In this document: in pieces, positions 35,025-47,219 of the stretch
Layout: the number at the start of each line of letters is the position of its first letter
Numbering within the stretch: the stretch's first letter is position 1
NCBI GenBank assembly: GCA_965113315.1
Contig: OZ220375.1
Length of the DNA: 64,000 nucleotides
Strand: one strand, 5' to 3'
Origin: Podarcis vaucheri
Taxonomy: Eukaryota
Notes under the pieces: generated by a model
Told to the model about the DNA's origin: nothing
What the model saw: the letters and a program-made list of their open reading frames with translations, nothing else
Database searches by the model: none
Program-made: the position numbers and the translations under genes

Positions 35025-35048
35025 TTGCAATGACTGGCGCATATTCAT
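35025..35048 (-). CDS. Predicted upstream coding segment of paralog D (MNMRQSLQ, phase 0)
   Basis: ggagga ATG AAT ATG CGC CAG TCA TTG CAA | GTGTGT. Confidence 0.7.
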
Positions 35049-35539
35049 TCCTCCAAAGGTCTCACTTAAGAATGCCTCTCTTGAGATCAAGGAAGAGTCT
35101 ATTCCTCCAGCAGCCCAGCCTTTCACTTTAAGTCCCAGCATGAGGAGCACAAGGGAATAGCAGGTGACGGAGCTCTGCCTCAGTGCCAGCAAACATCTCT
35201 TTTTGTCTCCAATGACCAATGATAAGACAAAAAGGTGTGCTTGATTTCCCAGCACAATAAGCTGCAGCCCTAGGAAAATTATTCATTCCAGAAGCTGCTC
35301 CCTGTAATGTTAAGGGAATGCAGTCTGTGTTTTATGTATTCAAGTTCACCAAAGTCAGAAGCAGTTCTGGTCCACATTTCCCCCCCCCCAAAAGGGGGGG
35401 GAGTTCAGGAGCTGTAAAGACTAGTCCTTCAGGTGGTTGAAGAGAGATTTTTTTTGTAGGCTTTTATCATGTCTTGTGTGCAGAGGCGTACCTAGGCTCC
35501 CTTGCACCCTTCACAAGGACCTGTATTGGGGCCTCTGAA

Positions 35540-36040
35540 GCCGGAATAGAATGGGGACAAGAAACTCAAAAAGGTTTCTTTTCATTTCCTTTCGGGGCAG
35601 ATTTGAGGGTAAACCATACACAGCACGGGTCTGCCCTTGTGGCTCGTTGGAAGTTGAAACTGCTTCACATGTACTACTACATTGTCGTCTTTATGAGGAT
35701 ATACGTTTGACTTTTATTACACCTGTTTTGCAAAAGTCCAGGAAAGAATCGGAACACCATAGTTTAAAACTACTGCTAGAGGACAAGAATCCCAAGACTA
35801 CATTAAATGTAGCCAAATTCTGTGTGTCTGCAATTAATCGCAGGAAGCAAGTGGTATCCCATAATGACCAAACCCCTAAATGTTAATTACAGGGGGGCAT
35901 GCCAATAATTAATTTTAATTTTTTATATTTAAATCCTTCAAATTGTCCTCTGTATTTCTGATATATATATTTTTTTATGATCTGTGATATTGTGTGTGTT
36001 GATGCTGGTCTGTGACCGTATTAATAAATTCATTCATTCA
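35540..36040 (+). mobile_element. Non-LTR retrotransposon 3' fragment with C-terminal zinc knuckle and (TTCA)n tail (RTE-X-like, tentative)
   Basis: ORF RVCPCGSLEVETASHVLLHCRLY and tail aataaattcattcattca. Confidence 0.65.
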
Positions 36041-36524
36041 TTTCCTTTCATGCCCCACCAGTGACTTTCCCATGGTAATCACGGTCTGGGCTGCTTCCCC
36101 TCCTCCTCCTCCTCCATCGGCCCATTTTCTGAGCAGGCAGGCAGGCTCCTAGCCATTCTGAGCCAGAGTGGAGAGTCACGGTTTTTGTGCTCCCCCTGGC
36201 CCTGACCTGACCAACTCCTAGGTGCACCCCTGCATGTGTGTTTGGGTTTGTTCTAAATAAATTAGTTTGGCCAGCATCCCTCCTGTAAAGAGTGCTTCTT
36301 ACGCTCCCCACAGTTCAGCTACTTCCCTCACAAGCTTAAAAGGCCGCACCTAGGGAGCCTGAAACCAAGCCCAGTCTATGTATTTTGAGTCCTTACAAAC
36401 AAGTGTCTACAGATGCAGCTCAGCCAACTTCTAAATGAGCCCCAGAGCAGTTATAAAACTGTGAGGAGATTATGTTGAAGCAGTTATGGAAACAGTTATG
36501 GAAGGTCATTGCTAAGGGTAATGA

Positions 36525-37050
36525 ATGTCTACAAAAAAAAATAACATATCACTTGGGAAGATAGGTGAACTAACGCCAGTGTACTGGAAGAAGCAAAGAT
36601 CACCAGTGTCAAAGCAATAATTCTTCAACATCAACTTTGTTGGACTGGTCATGTTGTGTGGATGCCTGGTGATCGTCTTCCAAAGCAACTACTCTATTCT
36701 GAACTTAAAAATGGAAAGTGTAATGCTGGTGATCAACAAAAGAGGTTTAAAGACTGTCTCAAAGCAAATCTAAAAAAATGTAGTATAAACACTAACAATT
36801 GGGAAATATTGTGAGCAGCCTTTACCAAAGATGTTGTGGGCTTTGAAGACACTTGAACTCAGGATGAAAGGGAGAAACGTGGCAAACCCTCACCATGATC
36901 AACTTCTATCCAGAAACCTACGTTCCCCACTGTGGAAGGACGTGTGGATCCAGAATTGGCCTCCACTGTCACTTGCGGACTCACTGTTAAAACTGTGTTT
37001 ATGGAAGACAATCTTACTCAGCTACGAGTGATCGCCAAAGAAATAAAGAA
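36525..37050 (+). mobile_element. RTE-clade LINE 3' fragment
   Basis: Degraded frame TNASVLEEAKITSV...WTGHVVWMPGDRLPKQLLYSELKNG...KRFKDCLK. Confidence 0.8.
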
Positions 37051-37915
37051 GCAGCCATCTCCAGCTTCTCTACTTAGGGCTTATCCACATTTACCTTTTG
37101 TCTCGCACTTTCTAGGCAACAGGTCCTCACTTTCCCAGTCCATGTCCAAGCAAAGGATGCTTGTGTTTTGGTCTCGTGCTCTCATGTGAATCAGCTCCTT
37201 CCTGCGCGAGCTCGGAACCATAAAACGAGGGTCCTGATTTTGATCAGCAAGATGTTGGAGGCATGCAATACACAAGTGCACCATGACCCCTCTTCTGCCC
37301 CTCTGTGCCTGGCAAGAATTATAGTTAATAATTTGTCTACTTTGTCATGTTTCTCCCAATGAACCTCGATTACTGTATCTGAAAAACCATGATCCATCTC
37401 CATTGTTCCCCAAAGTACCTAACAGGGGCATTCTGTGGTGCAGATTAAATGATCAGAGCATTACCTACACTTACCTCCTTTTGGTATTCTGGTTAGGGTG
37501 CGGGTTGGGTCGTCTCTACCAAACCAACCATAATTTGTCATCTAGTAACACAGAGCCAGAATCTTTGTGGGAGGCAGTTCCCCTAGCATAGGGGTGGGAA
37601 CCTGTAGCTCTCCAGATGTTGTAAGACTTCCAACTCAGATCAACCTCAGCCAGTGTAGCTGAAGGTTAGGATTTATAGGATTCATAAATCCACAGCATCT
37701 GGATTGCCCTGCCCCTGCCTTAACCCGGCATTTGAGCTCAATTCCTTGCAGTATTTATGTTTCCTGAACACAGGGAAGCAGCTTGGGGCTATTTAGAGGC
37801 ACATGTCCTCAGCAAGTGTGGTAAGAATTTAGATGAAAACAGGATTTCTGTCAGAAAAGTTTTATTCAAAAGTTTATTATATGGGTGGTGCCCTGAGGTA
37901 CCATCCCAGCAACAA

Positions 37916-38863
37916 TCACTTTTTACATTCCACACAACATCGTTTCCTACCCATGGTTTTCGTCAAGGCCACTTTGACCTCCTTGTTCCTCAAACTGTAG
38001 ATTATGGGGTTCAACATGGAGGTCACAACTGTGTAGAACAGGGCCAGCAGCTTGTCGCTCGATGCCGAGTAGCTGGATTTGGGCCTAAGGTACGTAATGA
38101 TGCCTGAACCGTAGAACAGGGAGACAACGATGAGATGGGACGAGCAAGTGGAGAAGGCCTTGCGCCTGCCCTCGGCTGAGGGCATCCTCAAAATAGAGGT
38201 GATGATGTATACATAGGACGTGAGGATCAGAAGGAAAGGGGCCGTGATGAAAAGTACAGCCACCATATAGACTGCAACAACGTTCATTGAAGTATCGCCA
38301 CATGCTAGCGTCAGGAGAGGAGGGATGTCACAGAAGAAGTGGTTGATCCTGTTGGGCCCGCAGTAAGTCAGGCTAAAGACATAGTTCGTTTGACCCAGTC
38401 CAACCATCACTCCCACCGACCATGAGGCCACTGAAAGCTGGGCACAGACGCCTCGGTTCATGACAACACTGTACCGCAGCGGGTTGCAAATGGCCACATA
38501 GCGGTCGTAAGCCATGGCAGCAAGGAGACAGCATTCCGTGATGCCAAAGAGGGTGAAAAAGTACATCTGGGTAGCGCAGCCCCAGAGAGAGATCCTCCCA
38601 TTCTCCGACAACAGGTTAGCCAGCATCTTGGGGACAATGGCTGTGGTGTAGCATATTTCCAACAGAGACAGGTTCGTCAAGAAGAAGTACATGGGCGTGT
38701 GGAGGGCCGGGTTTAACTTGATCACGGTGGTGATGATGGAATTCCCTGCGAGCGACACAGTGTACATGGAAAGGACCAGTGCAAAAAGGAGCATTCGCAG
38801 GTGCGGCAGCCCAGAGAAACCGACAAAGATGAACTCGCTCACCAGGGAAGAATGATTGGACAT
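37916..38863 (-). CDS. Olfactory receptor, class II, family 10-like (OR10C/OR10A-like), 315 aa
   Basis: ATG at 38863 (MSNHSS), LHTPMYFFL, MAYDRYVAICNPLRY, KAFSTCSSHL, NPIIYSLRN. Confidence 0.95.
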   Translation of the reverse strand: MSNHSSLVSEFIFVGFSGLPHLRMLLFALVLSMYTVSLAGNSIITTVIKLNPALHTPMYFFLTNLSLLEICYTTAIVPKMLANLLSENGRISLWGCATQMYFFTLFGITECCLLAAMAYDRYVAICNPLRYSVVMNRGVCAQLSVASWSVGVMVGLGQTNYVFSLTYCGPNRINHFFCDIPPLLTLACGDTSMNVVAVYMVAVLFITAPFLLILTSYVYIITSILRMPSAEGRRKAFSTCSSHLIVVSLFYGSGIITYLRPKSSYSASSDKLLALFYTVVTSMLNPIIYSLRNKEVKVALTKTMGRKRCCVECKK

Positions 38864-38967
38864 GGACCGCAACAGAGAATGACTCAGCTGCAGAAGATCG
38901 GAGACATAGATGGGGAAAGCTAGCCAGTCGCAAATGATCTACAGTTCTCTTCCCATTGCTTAGCACA

Positions 38968-39251
38968 GGGCTTACCCACACTTGCCTTTGCCTCTCTGTC
39001 CAGCAAAGTTCTGTGTCCAAGTGTGGTTTTTTTGCTCCAGAGCTTTTCCCACAAAAAACCCCTGCTCTTCAGCATTCAATCAGAGCAAACATCAATTCAG
39101 GTTATCTGCGGGTTGCTGTTTGCGCTGATTGAATTTTAAAGAGCGTGTTTTTGCGGGGAAAGCACCAGAGTGGCAGGGAAAGGGTGCTTGGACGCTGTGC
39201 TTTAAAGTGTGGGCCATGCCTGGAAAGAGCAGAGGAAAAGTGGATAAGCCC
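38968..39251. mobile_element. Palindromic MITE just upstream of the OR
   Basis: gggcttacccac / gtggataagccc termini and internal inverted arms (attcaatcagagcaaac / gtttgcgctgattgaat). Confidence 0.55.
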
Positions 39252-41149
39252 TGGCAGAGGTTTCAGGACTTAATTTTGACTCATCTGACACACACACTCT
39301 GACTTGGAAGTCCCCCCCTTTTAGCGCCAGATGTATAGGGTTGCGGTGTGGAGCTAAGGTGAAGAAAATATACACACACAAGATTTCAGCGGGAAGTTAC
39401 GGGGTGAGCAAAGTTTGGGAACAAAGTAGCATGTCCTCTTCAAAAATTTTGTGGGAGCAAATAGTATTGAGAGCAGCATCACATATAACCACGGCAGTAC
39501 TCCGATGAGCACAAATAAACATGAATGCACAACAGAGGGGACTTTGAAGGATCCCATGAATTGAATATGCTGCGGATCTTCCCCATGCAAGGAACACATT
39601 TTGCCACTGCTCAAAAGAAAGCCTGATACCTGCACCTTAGGAAACAAAACTGTTCACTAACCAGGCATCTAATCTGGAAAAAAAGGCATCTAACATAACA
39701 ACTGACATGTGGAAGACCTCTGATCATCCTATGTGACACTCGGTGTTTTCAGGATGGGGAAAGCAGAGCTAATCCGTTTTTCTGTTTACAAAAATGAGCT
39801 GGTTGATACTTCTGGAAAGCTCACGGGGAGGACACGAAGACAGGAGCTCAGCTGCATTGTTTGTCCCCAGTACCTGATCTTCTCCAGAAGTAGACTGCAT
39901 CTATATGTGGAGGTCATGTTTTGCAACCAAGACTAACAGCTGTGGATAAACCCAGCTTCTGTTAACTTGCCTAATATTTGAACTATCACATGGTGATCTT
40001 GCTACACTGGAATTACCCCGAGGCAATTTTTAAAACTCAAAATGAAGTTCTGAAATCAAGTTTTGACTGATCAATCAATGCATACTTTACAGCCTTAGCG
40101 GGTGACTCAGTGGAGCATTTGCCAAGGCTGGCTGCAATGCCAAACCAATTCGTGGGAAAACACCAATCTCCAAATGAACTATAGAATGCAAGTTCTGCTG
40201 AAGGAAGCTATTTGGGCCTGTTGCTCTCCAGATGTTCTTGGATTACAAATCCCATCATCCCTGACGTACTGAGAACTGAAGTCCAGCAACATCCGCCCAG
40301 CAGCAGGTTGCCTCAAGCAAGATTTTTAAGCTGAGCGTTATTGCACTCAGATACCGTGCATATAGCATTATTCACTTATTTTGAGTTGGTTCCCTGTAAA
40401 ATTCTGTGTGAATGACTATCGCACTACAGTGGGCGCTATATGTGTGTTGTTTCAGAATGCATCATAATTATTCCAGAAATCTGGAAGGAGTAAAATGGCT
40501 CTTACGTCTTCCAAGCATCCAAAGAAGCAACACTCAAACTGATGCCTCCCAAGAGCAGATGTAAATATAACAGATCAAGGAAGAACTGAGCCACAAATGC
40601 CTTTAGAAAGGTGCACTGATGTCAAAACTTAAACAACAGCCTCCCTGTTCAGACACACAGACAACCTGCACTCACCTCTGAAAACATGACCCAACCCATC
40701 ATCTGAGGAGAAGCCTCCAGGCTGATCTGACTGATACCTTTCTACCATCACATCTTCCTCCCCTGAGGTGTCATCAGTAGACCCACACCCTCCCTTTCCC
40801 AGAAGCATCCAGGTATAACAAGTCTCTTTGGGTACAGTTTCTGCAGGGATCTGGCTCTCTAGCTCCCTTAGATGCTTGTCAGGGAAAGCTGTGCTGTTGG
40901 CAATTGTCTGAGGACACCATTTCGCTTCGTCCTGTTTACAAGAAGAGAAAGGAATCTGAGCAGCCCGGAAAGGAGGGCCGCCTCTGTACCTCCGGAAGTT
41001 CTTGAACTCCATCTCCCATCAGCCTCAGCCAGCACAAGCCAACGGTCGGGGATGATGGGAGCTGTAGTTCAAACACCTGGATGGGCCGCAAGTTAGCCAA
41101 CGCTGCTCCAGAGTTGCTGCTACCTTTGGCAGAGAGTAAGCTAAGGAGA

Positions 41150-41572
41150 GTGGCAGATGAAGGTGATTGACTACATGGGACTGGCTGAAATGACTGACAG
41201 AATCCGAGACCAGGGGAAAGAGACGGCGGAAGAAGATTGGAAGAAATTTAAAATTTATCTTAAAAAATATTGTAAAATTAATGAATGTTAAAATGTTGTG
41301 GTTATATAAAGTAAGGGATTACAGCTGTAAAAGATTAAGTAAAAGAAAAGAAAAGAAAAATTGGATAAAATTAAGGGGAAGGATTTGCTGAAATAATTTG
41401 GGGAATTGGAATGCAGAAAGGGGAGGTATGGGGAAGTCGATGAAGTAAGTTTAAGAAAAAATGAGTTGAAATTATACGTGTTTGTTTGTTATTGTATGTA
41501 TATTTTTGTATTGTGTGTATTGTATGTGTTTTTAAAAATTTGTGAAAATTTAATAAATATTTATTTTAAAAA
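41150..41572 (+). mobile_element. 5'-truncated L1 with 19-bp TSD
   Basis: TSD agagagtaagctaaggaga at 41131-41149 and 41573-41591. A-rich tail. Confidence 0.88.
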
Positions 41573-41847
41573 AGAGAGTAAGCTAAGGAGACTAATCCTG
41601 GCTTTGCACAAACACACACACACAGGGCTCACTGCGATTAACAGGAAACATTTTATTCCAATGGCAAAACGTTTCAACTTCTGCCTTCCTCTGCTGCTAA
41701 AACAAAAAATGAAATGATGCTGTTGTCAAGGTGGCAGTTTTGGAGATGTTCAGAAAGGCATCGTTTGCTGAAGCTACGGGATGTTGGTGCTGCCCTCTCC
41801 AGGCTGAGGTCATGTGGCTTTAATGTGTCTTGCATGTACATTTAGAA

Positions 41848-41983
41848 CAGGCTTCCTCAACCTCGGCCCTCCAGATGTTTTGGGACTACAATTCCCATCA
41901 TCCCTGACCACTGGTCCTGCTAGCTAGGGATCACGGGAGTTGTAGGCCAAAAACATCTGGAGGGCCAAGGCTGAGGAAGCCTG
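41848..41983. mobile_element. hAT MITE with 8-bp TSD
   Basis: caggcttcctca...tgaggaagcctg, TSD atttagaa/atgtagaa. Confidence 0.85.
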
Positions 41984-42329
41984 ATGTAGAAGTTTCCCCC
42001 TCTTTGCTAAAGTAGGAGGATCAGTCGGTGTCTCTAAATCTGACAGTCCGTGGTTCCCATTTCAGAACTGAAACGTTTAGCTTCTGGCTGCTCAACTTCT
42101 TCACTCAAAAATTGCAGATGTGTGGCTTCTAAAACATGTGCGTAGGTCAGCTGTCGTTTTACCTTGTCCAGAACTTCATCATTTACTTTCAGGTCTCTTT
42201 TCTGCCCTCCCTCCCTCCCTCCCTCCCTCGTCCTATATCACTATCCTTATCTGTGCCAATATTTCCTTCAAGGCAGTGCCCCAGGTTCTGATACACCACA
42301 GAACAATACAAGTTCCTATTATACCTTTA

Positions 42330-42389
42330 TAATAATAATAATTTATTATTTATACCCCACCCATCTGGCTGGGTTTCCCCAGCCACTCA

Positions 42390-42445
<56 letters not shown>

Positions 42446-42745
42446 GAGCAATAAAACATCAAACATTAAAAACTTCCCTAAACAGGACTGCCTTCAGATG
42501 TCTTCTAAAAGTCCTTATTTCCTTGACAACTGATGGGAGGGCATTCCACTGGGCAGGCACCACTACCGAGAAGGCCCTCTGCTTGGTTCCCTGTAACTTT
42601 GCTTCTTGAGTTAGGGAACCGCCAGAAGGCCCTCGGAGCTGGGCCTCAGTGTCCAGGCTGGATGATAGGGGTGGAGACGCTCCTTCAGGTATACTGGACC
42701 AAGGCCGTTTAGGGCTTTAAAGGTCAGCACCAACACTTTGAATTG
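42330..42745 (-). mobile_element. L2 LINE 3' fragment with internal (AAT)n
   Basis: Reverse complement of the 45130-45500 L2 segment. Confidence 0.8.
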
Positions 42746-42908
42746 TGCTCATTCTTTCCTTGGGAAGCTCAGAGCAACTTTGCATGGGGCGCCAGTGGTT
42801 TCATAGCCAGGCACCACTCTAATCCAGCAACCCAACATAAATTAAGACCGTTTACAAATCAAACAGGGTCCTGGCAGGGCTTGATGGGACTTCCAGGTAC
42901 GGCCCTTG

Positions 42909-43459
42909 CTATGCCCGCGGGGACAGGAGGTGGAGGGCTTCGCCGTTGAGCCCGTCCTTGTTGACTCCAGGGCTGAACATGGGGTAGAGGCACTCGGAGA
43001 AGATGTCCGAAAAGGTGTAGATGTGGAGCATGGTGTCAGCATCGTAGAAGGAGACCTGCCCCGCTTCATAGTCAAGGTAGACCCCGACTTTCTGGGGCTT
43101 GTCCTTGAGGGACAGCAGCTTGGGGGGAGACTCAAGGGCCTTGTATTCACTACCGTTCCTCAGCCAGATGGCCCAGAATCCATTGCTGGGCTTGACTTTC
43201 ACTTTGGCTTCCTTCCTGTTGACGGACTCCTTGGCCACGCCAATGTCCCAGCTGGTTTTATTCCTCACCTCTACTTCCCAGTAATGGCGTCCTGAGGTAA
43301 ATCCCTGAGAGCCCAGCACACACACACACTTGCTGAACCTCTCAGGCCCGTCAGGGACCTCGTCCTCAGGGTTGTCTTCCAGACGAACGCTATCGAGGTC
43401 CTTGGAGAGCACAAGGTTGGGGTGGTTGGTGGCAGGATCCAAGGTGATTTGACAGGGAG
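42909..43459 (-). CDS. TRIM gene exon 6 (PRY-SPRY/B30.2)
   Basis: Acceptor cccaacag. [50 protein letters not shown]. Stop TAG. Confidence 0.95.
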
Positions 43460-44019
43460 CTGTTGGGATACGACCGACGTAATGGTTACCGACACCTTAC
43501 ATTACATTCAGAAATGTTGGATGCAGGAGAGATCTACACTAAACAGACTGTCCATTTTTTACCTCAGAGGTGCCAAAAGGAGTTTCTGGGCCCAACACAC
43601 CGCATGTGCATCAGGCACGCCACCCTTCTCACACAAAGAGGACATGTATCTGCGTATCCTTTGCTTCACATACAAATTCGTATTGTCTTTGGCAAGTAGG
43701 GTAGAAGGCCCAGTGATAAATCAGGGGCCACACACAACAAGACAGACAGAGGACTCAGCTACATCAGTCAAAATGCAGCGTTATAAATGTGTTATAACAC
43801 TGTGACACCGGATGGGACTGTAGAGCTAAAATCGCAACTCAGTGATATTCTCAATTGTGAGCCTTACAGTGGTTTCTCGCAGAGCGTTTTCACAGCGTGT
43901 TTTTTAATATGTGTAGATCTAGCCACAATGTCAACAGGAGAAACTTTTCCTGTAATTATAGTCCCAGTCTTTATAAGGCATAACCTGTTAAATTTCTGCC
44001 TGCCACATAGTGGTTAAAG

Positions 44020-44147
44020 CAGGCTTCCTCAACCTCGGCCCTCCAGATGTTTTGAGACTACAATTCCCTGACCACTGGACCCGCTATCTAGGGATCATGG
44101 GAGTTGTAGGCCAAAAACATCTGGAGGGCCGAGGCTGAGGAAGCCTG
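44020..44147. mobile_element. hAT MITE with perfect 8-bp TSD
   Basis: TSD ggttaaag at 44012-44019 and 44148-44155. Confidence 0.88.
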
Positions 44148-44157
44148 GGTTAAAGGC

Positions 44158-44204
<47 letters not shown>

Positions 44205-44664
44205 CCTGCCCATCAGGCTGAGTTGCCCCAGACACTCCGGGTGGCTTCTGACACATATAAAAACATTTTAAAATGTCAAACTTTTTAAAAAGGTTTAAAG
44301 GGCTGCCTTCAGTTATGTAGTTCTTTATTTCTTTATCTCCTCAGATAAAGCCTTGCTCTTCTCTAATGTCCACCCTAAACCACACAAAGAACTCAGGTTT
44401 CACGAGTTGCAACCCAGTTGTGTTAACTGGAGATCTTTCTCGGTACAAGGGCAGGCATGGCACTTCATAGAATCATAAAACTGTAAAATTGGAAGGGACC
44501 CCAAGGATCATCTAGTCCAGCCCCCTGCAAGATAGGAATCTTTTGGGGCTCAAACCCACGATCCTGAAATTAAGGGTCTCATGCTCTACCAGCTCAGCTT
44601 TCCCAGTTTGCTTCAGATGGGGCATTGGTCAAAAGAGATGCAAGATTACACACACACACACACT

Positions 44665-45515
44665 TTTGGATAGATGGCGGCTAACAGATTGAGGTTGAAT
44701 CCTGACAAGACAGAAGTACTGTTCCTGGGGGACAGGGGGTGGGTGGGTGTGGAGGACTCCCTGGTCCTGAACGGGGTAACTGAAGCCCACTGAAGGACCA
44801 GGTGTGCAGCCTGGAAGTCATTTTGGACTCACAGCTGTCCACGGAGGCACAGGTTGATTCTGTGTCCGGGGCAGCTGTCTACCAGCTCTGTCTAGAATAC
44901 AGGCTGACACCCTACCTACCCACAGACTGTCTCGCCAGAGTGGTGCATGCTCTAGTTATCTCCTGCTTAGACTACTGCAATGCACTCTACGTGGGGCTAC
45001 CTTTGAAGGTGACCCAGAAACTACAACTAATCCAGAACGTGGCAGCCAGACTGGTGACTGAGAGTGGCCGCCAAGACCACATAACACCGGTCTTGAAAGA
45101 CCTACATTTTCCAAGCACAATTCAGAGTGTTGGTGCTGATCTTTAAAGCCCTAAACGGCCTCGGCCCAGTATACCTGAAGGAGCATCTCCAACCCCATCA
45201 TTCAGCCCGGACACAGAGGTCCTGCACTGAGTGCCTTCTGGTGGTTCCCTCACTGAGAGAACCGAAGTTACAGGGAACCAGGCAGAGGGCCTTCTCGGTG
45301 GTGGCACCCGCCCTGTGGAATGCCCTCCCATCAGATGTTAAAGAAATAAACAACTATCTGACTTTTAGAAGACACCTGAAGGTAGCCCTGTTTAGGGAAG
45401 TTTTTAATATTTGGTGAATTGTTGTATTTTAATCTTTTCTTGGGAGCCTCCAAGAGTGGCTGGGGAAACCCAGCCAGATGGGCGGGGTATAAATAATAAA
45501 TTGTTGTTGTTGTTT
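44665..45515 (+). mobile_element. L2 LINE 3' portion (RT C-terminus + 3' UTR)
   Basis: WMAANRLRLNPDKTEVL and LDYCNALYVGLPLKVTQKLQLIQNVAARLV. Further L2 3' pieces at ~45835-46480, 48680-48890, 50155-50660, 51240-51380 and 55925-56670. Confidence 0.88.
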
Positions 45516-46045
45516 GTCCTCACAACCTTGTGAGGTAGGTTATGCTCAGAAACAGAGCCTGGCTGAAGTCTGCGTAGTATATTTCGGGGCCAAATATAAA
45601 TTTGAAGCTGGGCATCCCTGGTCCCAACCCAATACCAAACCCAACCTTCCCCAGCTGGTGCTCTCCGGACAGTGTTGATCTACATCTCCCATCATCCCTG
45701 ACCTTTGACCATTCTACCTGGGGTTGATGGGACTTGTAGTCAAAAAAGTCTAGGGGCAACAGCTTGGGGAGGGGCTGCTCTAGTTACTATGCCACACTGG
45801 CTCCTCTGCATGAAACAACATTTGAACTAAGACACTGAGGTCCAGCGCCGAGGGCCTTCTGGCAGTTCCCTCACTGCAAGGAGGAGGTTACAGGGAACCA
45901 GGCAGAGGGCCTTCTCGGTAGTGGCGCCCAGTGGAACACCCTCCCAATAGATGTCAAGGCAATAAGCAACTTACTTCTAAAAGACACCTGAAGGCTGCCC
46001 TGTTTAGGGGAGTTTTTAATGTTTAGTGCTGTATTGTGTTTTTAA

Positions 46046-46384
46046 TACAGTGGTGCCTCGCAAGACGAAAAGAATCCGTTCTGTGATTCTCTTCGTCTAG
46101 CGGTTTTTTCGTCTTGCGAAGCAAGCCCATTGACGGATTAGCGGATTAGCGCTATTAGCGCTATTAGCGGCTTTTAGCGGCTTATCGGATCAGCTGATAA
46201 GCGGCTTAGCGGCTTAGAAAAAGGGGAAGAGGGGGGGAAACCCGCAGGAACTCGCAAGACATTTTCGTCTTGCGAAGCAAGCCCATAGGAGATTCGTTTT
46301 GCGAAGCACCTCCAAAACGGAAAACTCTTTCGTCTAGCGAGTTTTCCGTCTTGCGAGGCATTCGTCTTGCGGGGCACCACTGTA
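46046..46384. mobile_element. Tc1/mariner (Tigger-like) MITE inserted in an L2 tail
   Basis: TA-CAGTGGTGCCTCGCAAGACGAA ... TTCGTCTTGCGGGGCACCACTG-TA, with internal ttagcg repeats. Confidence 0.85.
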
Positions 46385-46446
46385 TTTGGTTGGGAGATGC
46401 CCAGAGTGGCTGGGGAAACCCAGCCAGATAGGTGGGGTATAAATAA

Positions 46447-46481
<35 letters not shown>

Positions 46482-46585
46482 AGCAGAGCAGCTCTGGCCT
46501 CAAGTGGCAGATTTTGCCACAGCATCACAGAAACAGTTTATGCCAAGCTGTTGTGGCAATAAAGCCTCATCGCTCCAATACTTAC

Positions 46586-46710
46586 AAGGTCTCAGAGCTG
46601 GCAGCATCTCCTTCCACACCATGTACTGAATAGGGCCCTTAAACTGGCCCAGGCTGAACTCACGGGCGACCACAGGCAGTGTGGATCCTTTGTCATCACT
46701 AGGACAATAT
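46586..46710 (-). CDS. TRIM gene exon 5 (125 nt)
   Basis: ttcttgcag|A TAT TGT...CCT T|GTAAGT, encoding REFSLGQFKGPIQYMVWKEML, a signature of TRIM69/XNF7/A33-type proteins. Confidence 0.92.
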
Positions 46711-47196
46711 CTGCAAGAACAGGGAAAAGATCGTATAAAGTAGAATCCATGATCATGAGTGTCACAAGCTGCTCTTTATCTCCACCTAGTGGCCATATCT
46801 GAAAGTGCTGCTCTTTGCACTAATGCTCATTTAGCTCCTAAATAAGAGTCATACTACATTATTCAAACACGGGAGTAGTCGCTAGTGTGGATTAATCAAT
46901 GCAAAAGGCACTGGTGTTATATTCCTGATCTAGCAGGAAATGAGCTCTAGTTGTGGGTCACAGATCATGAGTAGAAAACAAACAGCAGACAGAGAAAGCG
47001 AGAAGCAGAGGTTTTTTAAAAATCGTTTTTAGAAGTGATGGGGAGAGGCAGAAGATCCAGGAGCCACAAAAGACCCTAGCCCACCCTCTAACAATATTGC
47101 TGGCACAGTTGCATCCCCAGATGAAGTCAAGTAAATGCATGTTTGCTGAGAGGGTTGAGAACAGAAGCAGGAGGTTCAGTCATACGGTCTACTCAC

Positions 47197-47219
47197 TTTT
47201 CTGTGAAGGCTTTGATGTC
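47197..47219 (-). CDS. TRIM gene exon 4 (23 nt)
   Basis: tttttgcag|GAC ATC AAA GCC TTC ACA GAA AA|GTGAGT, the typical 23-nt exon of PRY-SPRY TRIMs. Confidence 0.9.

Noticed and set aside
38970-38980. GTAAG donor 88 nt upstream of the OR10-like acceptor
   Set aside because: It lies in a MITE terminal repeat with no ATG upstream in frame. There is no independent support.
46134-46216. Short spaced repeats (ttagcg) resembling an array
   Set aside because: They are internal tandem repeats of a mariner-type MITE in a eukaryotic genome, with no repeat-spacer structure.
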